A stretch of 64,000 nt of DNA from NCBI GenBank assembly GCA_964356795.1, contig CAYHIK010000001.1, positions 3,111 to 67,110 on the forward strand, given 5' to 3'. The DNA is from an uncultured Candidatus Saccharibacteria bacterium (GTDB taxonomy: Bacteria; Patescibacteriota; Minisyncoccia; 2-02-FULL-40-12; GWA2-44-9). Position numbers and translations under genes: made by a program. The notes below the pieces were generated by a model. The model did not search any database. It saw nothing but the letters and a program-made list of their open reading frames with translations, and was not told where the DNA came from. This document shows positions 19,319 through 27,359 of this stretch, piece by piece. Every line of letters starts with the position of its first letter. Position 1 is the first letter of the stretch.

Positions 19319-20416
19319 CTATCGGAAAATGGTGCGCATCAAATCCTGAAGAACGGCACCGTTGAGCGGCGGGAGAATGGAGTCGGTGAGAAACAGCGCA
19401 AGCCCAACAATGGAGCCAATTGCACTCACCATCCAGAAACGCATCGTAATTTGGGTCTCATGCCATCCAAGCGCTTCGAAGTGATGGTGAATCGGCGTCG
19501 AAATGAAAATCTTCTTTCCACGAAGCTTCTTGCTCGTCATCTGCACAATGACTGAAAGCGACTCCATAACCAACACAATACCGATGACCGGTAAGAGGAG
19601 CGGAGTATTGGTAAGCATCGCAACAACGCCAACAGTGAAGCCAAGCGCCATCACGCCGGTATCCCCCATGAAAAACCGAGCTGGGTAAATGTTGAACCAC
19701 AAAAATGCAATCAGCGCCCCAATGAGGGCAGCGAGGAATACAACCAAATCCATATGCCCCTGATCAAATGCGATACCCGCGTACGCGGCGAGCATCGTCA
19801 TCAACGTGCCACCTACAAGCCCATCGAGGCCATCGGTTTCATTGCTCGAAAACGCAGTAGCAACAATCACAAAAACAAAGAAGAGTCCGTACCACAGTGG
19901 GCCGATAACCACATCTCCCATGAATGGGATATTGATAGCATCGTATCCGAGCTTTACCACGAACCACCACGCGCCAATCAGTGCGACAAGCGTGTACAAC
20001 AGCATGCGTTGCTTCATGCCAAATCCACCCCTGCGTCGAATGCCGATAATGTCGTCGGCCATTCCCACGAGCCCGGCGACAATCAAAAATCCGAGTGGCA
20101 AATACGTCTCGGAGCGTACGAGGAAATTCATACGACTCCAGAATCCATCAACGGTAAAATGAAGCCCCCAGAACAGGAGCGTGATAGCGACTGCAGTGAA
20201 CCACACCACAAACCCACCCATAGTGGGCGTGCCCTCTTTCTTTGAGTGGAGTGCATTAAATACGGGAGCTCCCTCGCGAGAAATCTGCTTGCCCCGCGCA
20301 AAGTATTTCTGCAACACCTTCATCCAGAGCGGTGTGAGAATTGATGCAACAAAAAACGACAGTGTCGCCACGGTCAGGATTCGCACCACATTAAATATCG
20401 TAAACGTCTCGTCCAT
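19319..20416 (-). CDS. mraY: Phospho-MurNAc-pentapeptide transferase MraY
   Basis: KKEGTPTMGG, ADD, NETDGLDGL, FMGDTG and PIHHHFE motifs. Confidence 0.96.
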   Translation of the reverse strand: MDETFTIFNVVRILTVATLSFFVASILTPLWMKVLQKYFARGKQISREGAPVFNALHSKKEGTPTMGGFVVWFTAVAITLLFWGLHFTVDGFWSRMNFLVRSETYLPLGFLIVAGLVGMADDIIGIRRRGGFGMKQRMLLYTLVALIGAWWFVVKLGYDAINIPFMGDVVIGPLWYGLFFVFVIVATAFSSNETDGLDGLVGGTLMTMLAAYAGIAFDQGHMDLVVFLAALIGALIAFLWFNIYPARFFMGDTGVMALGFTVGVVAMLTNTPLLLPVIGIVLVMESLSVIVQMTSKKLRGKKIFISTPIHHHFEALGWHETQITMRFWMVSAIGSIVGLALFLTDSILPPLNGAVLQDLMRTIFR

Positions 20417-20419
20417 ATA

Positions 20420-21355
20420 TTATTCCCACCGATACGCGACCTGCGCCCACGAAATCAGGGCCCGTGTATCTGCAAATCTTCCACGCGAACCAAGAACAAT
20501 CGATACAAGTGTATCATTCTTTTCGGGTAATTTCACTACAAGCACCAAACACCCGAGCGCCTCATCGGTATAGCCTGTTTTGCCACCAACGATGCCAGGA
20601 ATCTGCCCAAGAAGCTCGTTGGTACTCACTACTTCATGCACGATTTTTCCATCAGCAGACGTCACCGCAATCCGTGATTGCGCCATAATGGGCCATAACT
20701 CCGGCGCCGAATGAAGCGTATCGCGCACCAAGCGAAGCAAGTCCTGAGCGGTACAGAGCGCCGCATCATCAAGCCCTGCGGGATCTATGAACGTACAATT
20801 ATACATTCCAAGTGAGTATGCCTTGCGGTTCATCTGCGCGACGAAATCAATACCACGCTCGCCCGCATATGCCGCGAGTGCGTATGCCGCATCATTACTT
20901 GATTCAACAAGCATCATCTGCACTAAATCACGAACCATGATGCGTTCGCCAAGATAGAGCGTCTGCTTCTGACCATCGACACGAACCGATTGCGAGGCAA
21001 TTGTGACGATTTCTTGTGAGTCAAAAAGGTCGCGGACCACAAGCGCAGTGAGTAACTTCGTAAGCGATGCGATGGGCACTTGAAGATTTGCATTCTTCTC
21101 AAATAATATCCGCCCGCTATCGAGGTGCGCGAGAAGTGCCGCGTTTGCATCGGGGATTGGCTCGACAATATTTGTGTCCCTGCGCGGAGCGTATGCAGGC
21201 TCAGCGATAGGCAGGAGAAAGGCTTGCGCCGCTCGGAGCTGTGGTGTCGCACCAGAAATATACGAGTATGGCTCAGGGTCGGGCGTCTTGAAGACGATCA
21301 CAACCACGGTGAGTCCAGCCAATATGAGCATTGGAAGAATCAATACACGCCGCAT
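20420..21355 (-). CDS. dacA: D-alanyl-D-alanine carboxypeptidase (S11)
   Basis: SxxK (ASLTK), SxN (SSND) and KTG motifs; N-terminal anchor. Confidence 0.9.
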   Translation of the reverse strand: MRRVLILPMLILAGLTVVVIVFKTPDPEPYSYISGATPQLRAAQAFLLPIAEPAYAPRRDTNIVEPIPDANAALLAHLDSGRILFEKNANLQVPIASLTKLLTALVVRDLFDSQEIVTIASQSVRVDGQKQTLYLGERIMVRDLVQMMLVESSNDAAYALAAYAGERGIDFVAQMNRKAYSLGMYNCTFIDPAGLDDAALCTAQDLLRLVRDTLHSAPELWPIMAQSRIAVTSADGKIVHEVVSTNELLGQIPGIVGGKTGYTDEALGCLVLVVKLPEKNDTLVSIVLGSRGRFADTRALISWAQVAYRWE

Positions 21356-21365
21356 GGGGCAATAA

Positions 21366-22763
21366 TTACTTTTCTATCGTTACGTGCAGCTCACGCAGCT
21401 GTCGGGAAGAAATCGGAGACGGAGAATGCATCATGAGATCGCGCGCGTCTCCTGTCTTTGGAAATGCGAGCACTTCGCGAATGTTTGGCTCATTATGCAA
21501 GAGCGCAATCAAGCGATCCCATCCCCACGCGATACCACCATGCGGAGGCGCACCGTGTTCGAATGCAGTGAGCATGTGACCGAAGTTTTCATCGATGCGC
21601 GCATCCTCAAAGCCCATGATACGAAAGACCGCGCGAAGACCTTCTGCGGTGTGGTTGCGAATTGAACCGCCACCAATCTCCCACCCGTTGAGCACGATGT
21701 CGTATTGGGTTGTGAGAATTTCTCCCACTCGTTCAGCACTGAGGAGTAACGGCATATGCTCTGGCTTGGGAGCCGAGAACGGGTTGTGAGTAAACGTCCA
21801 TCCACCACCATCCTCTTCAGTTTTCTCAAAGAATGGAAAATCAATAACCCAGCAGAACGCCAAGAGATTCTGGTCGTTTTTATCTTCGCGTAAATCGGGA
21901 CGATCGGTGCCGTATTTCTCTATTGCATCCGCATAGCTGATGCGCGGGAATGGAACTTGTTGAATCTTCTTTTCAGGATAGCGCTTCGTCACCAAATCAA
22001 TCAGGAGTGCTTCATTGAGCGCCATCACATCTTCTCGGTTCACAAAGCTCATCTCCATATCGAGCTGTGTAAATTCGGGCTGACGGTCACCGCGCGTGTC
22101 TTCATCGCGGAAGCATCGAGCAAATTGGAAATAGCGCTCCATACCAGCCACCATGAGGAGTTGCTTGTACTGCTGTGGCGACTGAGGAAGCGCATAAAAT
22201 GAGCCCGCGTAGAGACGACTTGGCACCACGTAGTCACGCGCGCCTTCGGGAGTGCTCTTAGTGAGCATAGGCGTCTCAATTTCGATAAACTCATGGGCGT
22301 CGAGCCAATTTCGTACAAATAATTGCCCATCGTGACGCGCCTGCATGTTGCGTGCAAGCCGTGGGCGTCGCAAGTCGAGGTAGCGCCACTCATGGCGAGT
22401 GTCTTCTCCAATCTCGTATCCATCGGTGTCGAGTGGCATCGGAGGAGTTGCCGACATGTTGAGCACTTCGAGCTCGTGCGGCTCGAGTTCGATAGAGCCA
22501 GTTTCGATTTCTGAATTTCGCATCTTCTCGGGACGCTCTTTGATGAGCCCCTTAATGCGCACCACCCATTCACTACGCAGTGTCTGCGCTACCTCGTAGC
22601 AGTCGGGCGTAAACGGACCGAATACCACCTGAATTACTCCGGTGCGGTCACGTAAATCAACGAATACAAGCTTGCCGTGGTCGCGACGATTCGCAACCCA
22701 CCCAAAAAGTTCCACCTCGCTCCCCGCCATGTCCTTGGTCTTGATAATAGATAATTCCTTCAT
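21366..22763 (-). CDS. aspS: Aspartate-tRNA ligase, short bacterial form
   Basis: RRDHGKLVFVDLRD, TPEGARDY, LPQSPQQYKQLLM, FRDED.R.DRQPEFTQ and GAPPHGG motifs. Confidence 0.96.
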   Translation of the reverse strand: MKELSIIKTKDMAGSEVELFGWVANRRDHGKLVFVDLRDRTGVIQVVFGPFTPDCYEVAQTLRSEWVVRIKGLIKERPEKMRNSEIETGSIELEPHELEVLNMSATPPMPLDTDGYEIGEDTRHEWRYLDLRRPRLARNMQARHDGQLFVRNWLDAHEFIEIETPMLTKSTPEGARDYVVPSRLYAGSFYALPQSPQQYKQLLMVAGMERYFQFARCFRDEDTRGDRQPEFTQLDMEMSFVNREDVMALNEALLIDLVTKRYPEKKIQQVPFPRISYADAIEKYGTDRPDLREDKNDQNLLAFCWVIDFPFFEKTEEDGGGWTFTHNPFSAPKPEHMPLLLSAERVGEILTTQYDIVLNGWEIGGGSIRNHTAEGLRAVFRIMGFEDARIDENFGHMLTAFEHGAPPHGGIAWGWDRLIALLHNEPNIREVLAFPKTGDARDLMMHSPSPISSRQLRELHVTIEK

Positions 22764-22800
22764 GCCCTCGCATCGTATCATACGATTTGACGGGTCGCAA

Positions 22801-22829
22801 TTGAAAATGTTTAGTTTTTAGGGTATGAT
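22801..22829 (+). promoter_or_regulatory. sigma70-type promoter of tRNA-Lys
   Basis: TTGAAA-17 nt-TATGAT, 12 nt before the tRNA. Confidence 0.7.
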
Positions 22830-22841
22830 ATGCGAGCAAAA

Positions 22842-22914
22842 CCGCCCTTAGCTCAGTTGGTAGAGCTGCTCCCTTTTAAGGAGAAGGTCGCTGGTTCGAA
22901 TCCAGCAGGGCGGA
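22842..22914 (+). tRNA. tRNA-Lys (anticodon TTT), CCA not encoded
   Basis: Acceptor CCGCCCT/AGGGCGG, D-arm GCTC/GAGC, anticodon loop CTTTTAA, T-arm GCTGG-TTCGAAT-CCAGC. Confidence 0.96.
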
Positions 22915-22919
22915 CTATG

Positions 22920-22960
22920 AATCAACGGCTAATGCCCCTGCGACATTAGCCGTTGATTTT
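22920..22960 (+). terminator. 15-bp hairpin directly after tRNA-Lys
   Basis: AATCAACGGCTAATG-9 nt-CATTAGCCGTTGATT followed by T's. Confidence 0.7.
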
Positions 22961-22969
22961 ATGATTCAT

Positions 22970-23092
22970 CCTGCTGGATTCGAAGCCCGGAGCGATGTGG
23001 CCGCACCAGCGGACACCGTGAGGGCCGGAACCCGGAGGCATTGATTCGCGACGGCGAATCAATGACCGGAGGGTGAATCCAGCAGGGCGGAC
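22970..23092. repeat. tRNA-linked structured element bounded by inverted and direct copies of the tRNA-Lys 3' end
   Basis: 22970-22984 is the reverse complement of tRNA 22895-22909; 23075-23092 equals 22898-22915; internal 11-bp hairpin at 23039-23064. Confidence 0.85.
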
Positions 23093-23097
23093 AGACA

Positions 23098-23126
23098 TTG
23101 ACATGCGAGCCTTTCTTGTGCATGAT
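23098..23126 (+). promoter_or_regulatory. sigma70-type promoter
   Basis: TTGACA-17 nt-CATGAT. Confidence 0.6.
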
Positions 23127-23162
23127 TAAGTGTGCTCGAGATATTTTTTTTGGAGGTAGCCT

Positions 23163-23381
23163 ATGAGCGCTCGGTCCCTCGAAAGGATCCAGGAAAAGCT
23201 GTGTCGCAACGATGCGGAGATACGCGCCCTTCAGGAGAAGAGGGAGCAGCTCCTAAAAGAGCTAAAGGCAGCGTGTAGCCATCCAAAGAACAGACGCCTC
23301 CAAACAGGCACCGGTGAGGTATGCGGCGTCTGCACTAAAGTCCTTGAGTGCTATCTGCCACACATCGGAAACCACATTTAG
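23163..23381 (+). CDS. Small coiled-coil protein with CxH...CxxC motif
   Basis: GGAGG SD, own promoter, downstream hairpin GCCGACCA/TGGTCGGC with T's. Confidence 0.65.
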   Translation: MSARSLERIQEKLCRNDAEIRALQEKREQLLKELKAACSHPKNRRLQTGTGEVCGVCTKVLECYLPHIGNHI

Positions 23382-23464
23382 AATCCTAGCCGACCACATG
23401 GTCGGCCTTTCCTTTGCTCTCTTATACTCATGTCTTAATGACAAATTTCGGAAGCCCGAGCTCA

Positions 23465-23493
23465 TTGACTTTATACAATTATTATGTTATACT
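23465..23493 (+). promoter_or_regulatory. sigma70-type promoter
   Basis: TTGACT-17 nt-TATACT, preceded by TGT. Confidence 0.75.
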
Positions 23494-23523
23494 TAATATA
23501 GACGTTTTTCAAAGGAGGATGCC

Positions 23524-23835
23524 GTGAATATCGCAGGTATCGACAAGGCGATCGTATTGGCCGCGTTGTACAATCGCGCCCGTACCATCGGACTGGCGGG
23601 CATGATGGACTTCGACCCCACCCCACTGGACGTGCTGGTGGCGAGGAAGATCATCAAGGAACGGCGCGGTGCCAACCCACTGTACTTCGACTACTTCCAG
23701 GGGCGTTGCATGAAGATCGATCTCTCGAGAGATGAGGTCGACACCACGCTCTTCGACAACGAGTATGGCCCGGGTGCCGCCCAGCGAGCCCTCGACGCGG
23801 CATCTGCTGTCGATGCGGACATGAAGAAGAAGTAG
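23524..23835 (+). CDS. Conserved hypothetical protein (LAALYN...YFDYxxGRxMKxDL family)
   Basis: AAGGAGG SD, GC-rich codons, own promoter, terminator hairpin at about 23847-23883. Confidence 0.8.
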   Translation: MNIAGIDKAIVLAALYNRARTIGLAGMMDFDPTPLDVLVARKIIKERRGANPLYFDYFQGRCMKIDLSRDEVDTTLFDNEYGPGAAQRALDAASAVDADMKKK

Positions 23836-23969
23836 AAACCCCAAACGAACCCCACGCCAAACGGTATGGGGTTCAATCTTTTTAATAAAACCTCCCGAAA
23901 CTTGATTATTATCAATAAATATTGTACAGTATTTATGTCGTTTCATAGCGCAGTTAGGAGCGAGTAATT

Positions 23970-24230
23970 ATGCGCATTGAGATTCATGACTATACGCACA
24001 TCTTCGATAGCTTAACACTCAGGCGTCCGCCGACACACACACCCCTACTTCACTCTTGGGGTGTGGACGACAGTGGATATCCACGCGTCGTTGATATCCC
24101 AGGAGCGGATGTACTCCGAATCGAACGGGCATTTGCAGAATTCAAATGGGCACAGGAACGACTTCGAGGACTCAATCGTGGCCCCGAGCCAAATTCCTGC
24201 CAATGCGGAAACTGCCCAGGGAGTAGCTAG
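23970..24230 (+). CDS. Hypothetical protein with C-terminal Cys cluster
   Basis: AGGAG SD and promoter TTGATT-17-TACAGT (23902-23930); ends CQCGNC. Confidence 0.55.
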   Translation: MRIEIHDYTHIFDSLTLRRPPTHTPLLHSWGVDDSGYPRVVDIPGADVLRIERAFAEFKWAQERLRGLNRGPEPNSCQCGNCPGSS

Positions 24231-24286
24231 GTCGTGGTCATCAAAGTCGCATTCCGTAATGCGACTTTTTCTATCACAACAATCAC

Positions 24287-25936
24287 CTACGACTTCCCGA
24301 GCGCTTTTGCGATGAGCGCGCGAAGCTCTTCATCGCTGGTAGTGCGGAATGATGCGCCCGTTGCTGTGGGGCGACTTGGCTTCTGTTCAAACTCTTCAGC
24401 ATCTGGCTTGTGTTCTATTTTCCTCCCCTTAAAGTCGACTGCTCCTTGCAATAGATTTCCCAGCGAAGCGGGAGGGCGCACCTCGGAAGCTTGTTGTTGT
24501 GGGCGCGACTGTTGCGGACGAGGCTGCTGCGGACGCGCCACTGATTGCGATGGGAATTGACCACGAGCGGGGCGCGGTGATGCTGGCCCATCATCTCGGC
24601 GGGGCGGACGCTCGCGAGCATCATCGCGAGGCGCGTAGCCCGCAGGCACGATTGGTGCGCGCCATGCTGATATGGCAGCTTCGACTTCTGCGCGCGGATG
24701 CGCGTACATCGTGCGCGAGTATTCGATAACCTCATTGCGCGTGCTCTGCGCGAGCTTTGCGGGCGTATCCATGGTCATCGCTGAAAACGCATGACTCGTG
24801 ACACCATCAATCATCAGCTTCAGATAAATCTGACGGAACCCAAGGTTCACAATATCAGTCGCCATAAACTCTGGCGCAAACTCTTTTTCCAAAAATTCGG
24901 CGTCTTCAGCTCCAACACGGAATGAAATAATCGTGCCCACGTTTCCAAATGCCGCTTCGGCAACCTTTTCGTCTAACTGCTTGATATATTGATGCCCAAC
25001 GATAAGGGATAGGTTGAATTTACGCGCTTCGGAAAGAATATTCGCAAACGAAGCCGTCGCAAAGTTTTGGAACTCATCAACGATAAGACAGAAGTCTGCG
25101 CGCTCATGCTTGGGAATATCAACGCGACTCATTGCGGCAAGCTGAACCTTGGTGATAATCATGGCCCCCAGCAAGCGCGATGCGTCCTCCCCAATGCGGC
25201 CCTTGGAAATATCGACAAGAATAATCTTCCGCTGGTCCATCGCCTCTCGCATGTTGAACGTGGATTTCGACTGGCCTACCAGGTTACGAATCAACGAGTT
25301 TGAAACGAATTGTCCGACCTTGTTCTGAATTGCTGCCGTCGCTTCACTCGCGAACTTATCAGTGTACTTTGCAAACTCCTGCGTCCAGAATGCCTTCACC
25401 TCGCTATCGGTCACCTGGTCAACAACGGTCTTCCGGTAGTCCTTTTCTGCCAACATGCGGTTGATGCCGAGCAACGTTGAGCCAGGCGCCTCCAAGAGTG
25501 CGAGGATAGTGTTGTTGAGAATGTACTCCATACGTGCCGACCATGCGTCTTCCCAAATCTTCTTGAACACCGCCATCATACCGTCCGCCACGAGGTGACG
25601 CTGATCAAATCCGACCTGTTCCATCACATTGAACCCAACAGGAAACTGCATATCTGCTGGGTTGATGAAGATCACATCTTTGACGCGCTCGGGTGGGATA
25701 TAGTCGAGGAGATCGAACACCGCATCTCCGTGGGGGTCCATAAAGCAGAGTCCACGACCGTCCTGAATATCCTGAATCGCAAGCGTCTTGAGAAGTTCGG
25801 ACTTGCCCATGCCCGATTTGCCAACCACGTACATGTGGCGGCGACGGTCATCGAGCTTGATGCCGAAATGCGTAACAGAATTTCGAAACTCTGTGTTTCC
25901 AAACAGTACTACATCATTGTCAGAATTGGCGTTCAT
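24287..25936 (-). CDS. VirD4/TraD/HerA-like P-loop ATPase
   Basis: DRRRHMYVVGKSGMGKS, DPHGD, DEFQNF, SEARKF and FRVGAEDA motifs; low-complexity P/Q/R tail. Confidence 0.88.
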   Translation of the reverse strand: MNANSDNDVVLFGNTEFRNSVTHFGIKLDDRRRHMYVVGKSGMGKSELLKTLAIQDIQDGRGLCFMDPHGDAVFDLLDYIPPERVKDVIFINPADMQFPVGFNVMEQVGFDQRHLVADGMMAVFKKIWEDAWSARMEYILNNTILALLEAPGSTLLGINRMLAEKDYRKTVVDQVTDSEVKAFWTQEFAKYTDKFASEATAAIQNKVGQFVSNSLIRNLVGQSKSTFNMREAMDQRKIILVDISKGRIGEDASRLLGAMIITKVQLAAMSRVDIPKHERADFCLIVDEFQNFATASFANILSEARKFNLSLIVGHQYIKQLDEKVAEAAFGNVGTIISFRVGAEDAEFLEKEFAPEFMATDIVNLGFRQIYLKLMIDGVTSHAFSAMTMDTPAKLAQSTRNEVIEYSRTMYAHPRAEVEAAISAWRAPIVPAGYAPRDDARERPPRRDDGPASPRPARGQFPSQSVARPQQPRPQQSRPQQQASEVRPPASLGNLLQGAVDFKGRKIEHKPDAEEFEQKPSRPTATGASFRTTSDEELRALIAKALGKS

Positions 25937-25939
25937 AGA

Positions 25940-27268
25940 TTAGCGAGTAGGAAGCATCGTGGGTGGCTGACCCTTCTTCGACTGTACGCGTGGAAGAAGT
26001 GGAGCTTTTACATTAAGGCCTGGCATGTGCCACAACGTGGCGAGCTCTTCAACATTGAGGATGAGTGGGAAATCTTTCGGATTTTTTGACGGCTTGGCGA
26101 ACGCGCGCTTTCGATACGAGCCGTACATACCCTTCTTCTTTTTCAGCGTCCCCTCATCGGCACCAAATCCTTTGTCATTCGGGAAGAGCCAGGGGAATGT
26201 GCCCTTGTCCTTAGTGCCCGCTCCCGGCTTGAAGGTGTTCATGTTGTTGTAGAACAACTGCTTAAACATTGCGGTAATACTGGATGGACGCGCGCCATTG
26301 AATGCGTCTTTGCGAGCCACATACAGTACGCGAAGCGTTGTCTTGAATGCAACCAGCGAAAGCTTTCGCTGTATGCCTTCGAGCGCAAGCTTGTCTGCAG
26401 GCGTGAGATTCCCCATCGTGAATGGTTTCTCTTCTTTCTTTTTCTCCTCCGCAGGTGTAATCAAGCCGAACTCTGTGGCGAGAAACCCAAGAAGGGTGAA
26501 TGGAGCAAGCGCAATCGTCTGCACGAGCGGAGCTTCTGGCTTCTTGGGCTCCTTGCCAATCATCTTATCGACAACCGCTTGACCGTCTTTCACCCAATCG
26601 CCACCGGTGGGGCGGAAGATGTACTGCAACCACAAATACTCCCCAGGTCGAAGGGCGCTCATCATTTCAAGCAGTGGCGCGAGTGGATCAAGTCGAGCGT
26701 ACTCATCCTTACCTCCCGCGTCTTCAAATTCAGTCCAACTCCTGATGGGGTATGCGGGTGGCTGGGAGCCGACGAACTCGGTGCCCGACACATCGTATTG
26801 CGTTGAATCAAACTCATCGGGCAAAAGCGAGATGTAATCACCCGTCATCTTAATCTCGGCTTGCGGGTATTGCGCGAACAGAAGCGCCTCAACGGTATTC
26901 CGCTGACCCTCAGTGCATCGAATATAGAAATGAGTCTCTCCCCCATGCGAGACAATCTCGAGCGAGAACCAATCCGGGACTTTGCCCACAAAATATTGAT
27001 CCTTCCACTTAATACCTCCACCGTAGCTCGCATGAAGCCCGGCAAAAAAGTTTTGCGCTGCCATCGGACTGCTATAGAGAATCTCAGGCGGTGGAACAAT
27101 CTCGAGCACCACCCATTTCATACCAGCAAGATACGCGTCTTTGAGGTAATCAAGCCAGAGTGAACGAGCAACCGCTCCAAGAATCAGCGGGAACCACACC
27201 CACCAAAACTCAAACGCGAGCAAAAAGCCCTGTCGTAATACGCTGAGAATTGACGTCGCATCATACAT
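25940..27268 (-). CDS. Conserved membrane-anchored hypothetical protein, co-transcribed with the ATPase
   Basis: N-terminal TM, FSLEIVS, AQYPQAEI, YPIR, LNVEELATLWH.P; 3 nt from the ATPase start. Confidence 0.8.
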   Translation of the reverse strand: MYDATSILSVLRQGFLLAFEFWWVWFPLILGAVARSLWLDYLKDAYLAGMKWVVLEIVPPPEILYSSPMAAQNFFAGLHASYGGGIKWKDQYFVGKVPDWFSLEIVSHGGETHFYIRCTEGQRNTVEALLFAQYPQAEIKMTGDYISLLPDEFDSTQYDVSGTEFVGSQPPAYPIRSWTEFEDAGGKDEYARLDPLAPLLEMMSALRPGEYLWLQYIFRPTGGDWVKDGQAVVDKMIGKEPKKPEAPLVQTIALAPFTLLGFLATEFGLITPAEEKKKEEKPFTMGNLTPADKLALEGIQRKLSLVAFKTTLRVLYVARKDAFNGARPSSITAMFKQLFYNNMNTFKPGAGTKDKGTFPWLFPNDKGFGADEGTLKKKKGMYGSYRKRAFAKPSKNPKDFPLILNVEELATLWHMPGLNVKAPLLPRVQSKKGQPPTMLPTR

Positions 27269-27359
27269 AGTCTCTTGATAAAGTATACCACATTACGCGC
27301 AAAGGCCCCGTGTATACGGAGCCTTTGCGAACCCGCCGGATTTCTCCCGGACATGTTTT

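Noticed and set aside
22898-24230. Prophage or integrative element at tRNA-Lys
   Set aside because: The direct repeat lies only 177 bp from the tRNA copy, the small genes lie outside it, and no integrase or phage structural genes are present.
24490-24535. Short tandem repeats as a CRISPR array or VNTR
   Set aside because: Degenerate coding repeats (RPQQ) in the ATPase tail, with no constant repeat-spacer pattern. No CRISPR array was seen anywhere in the window.
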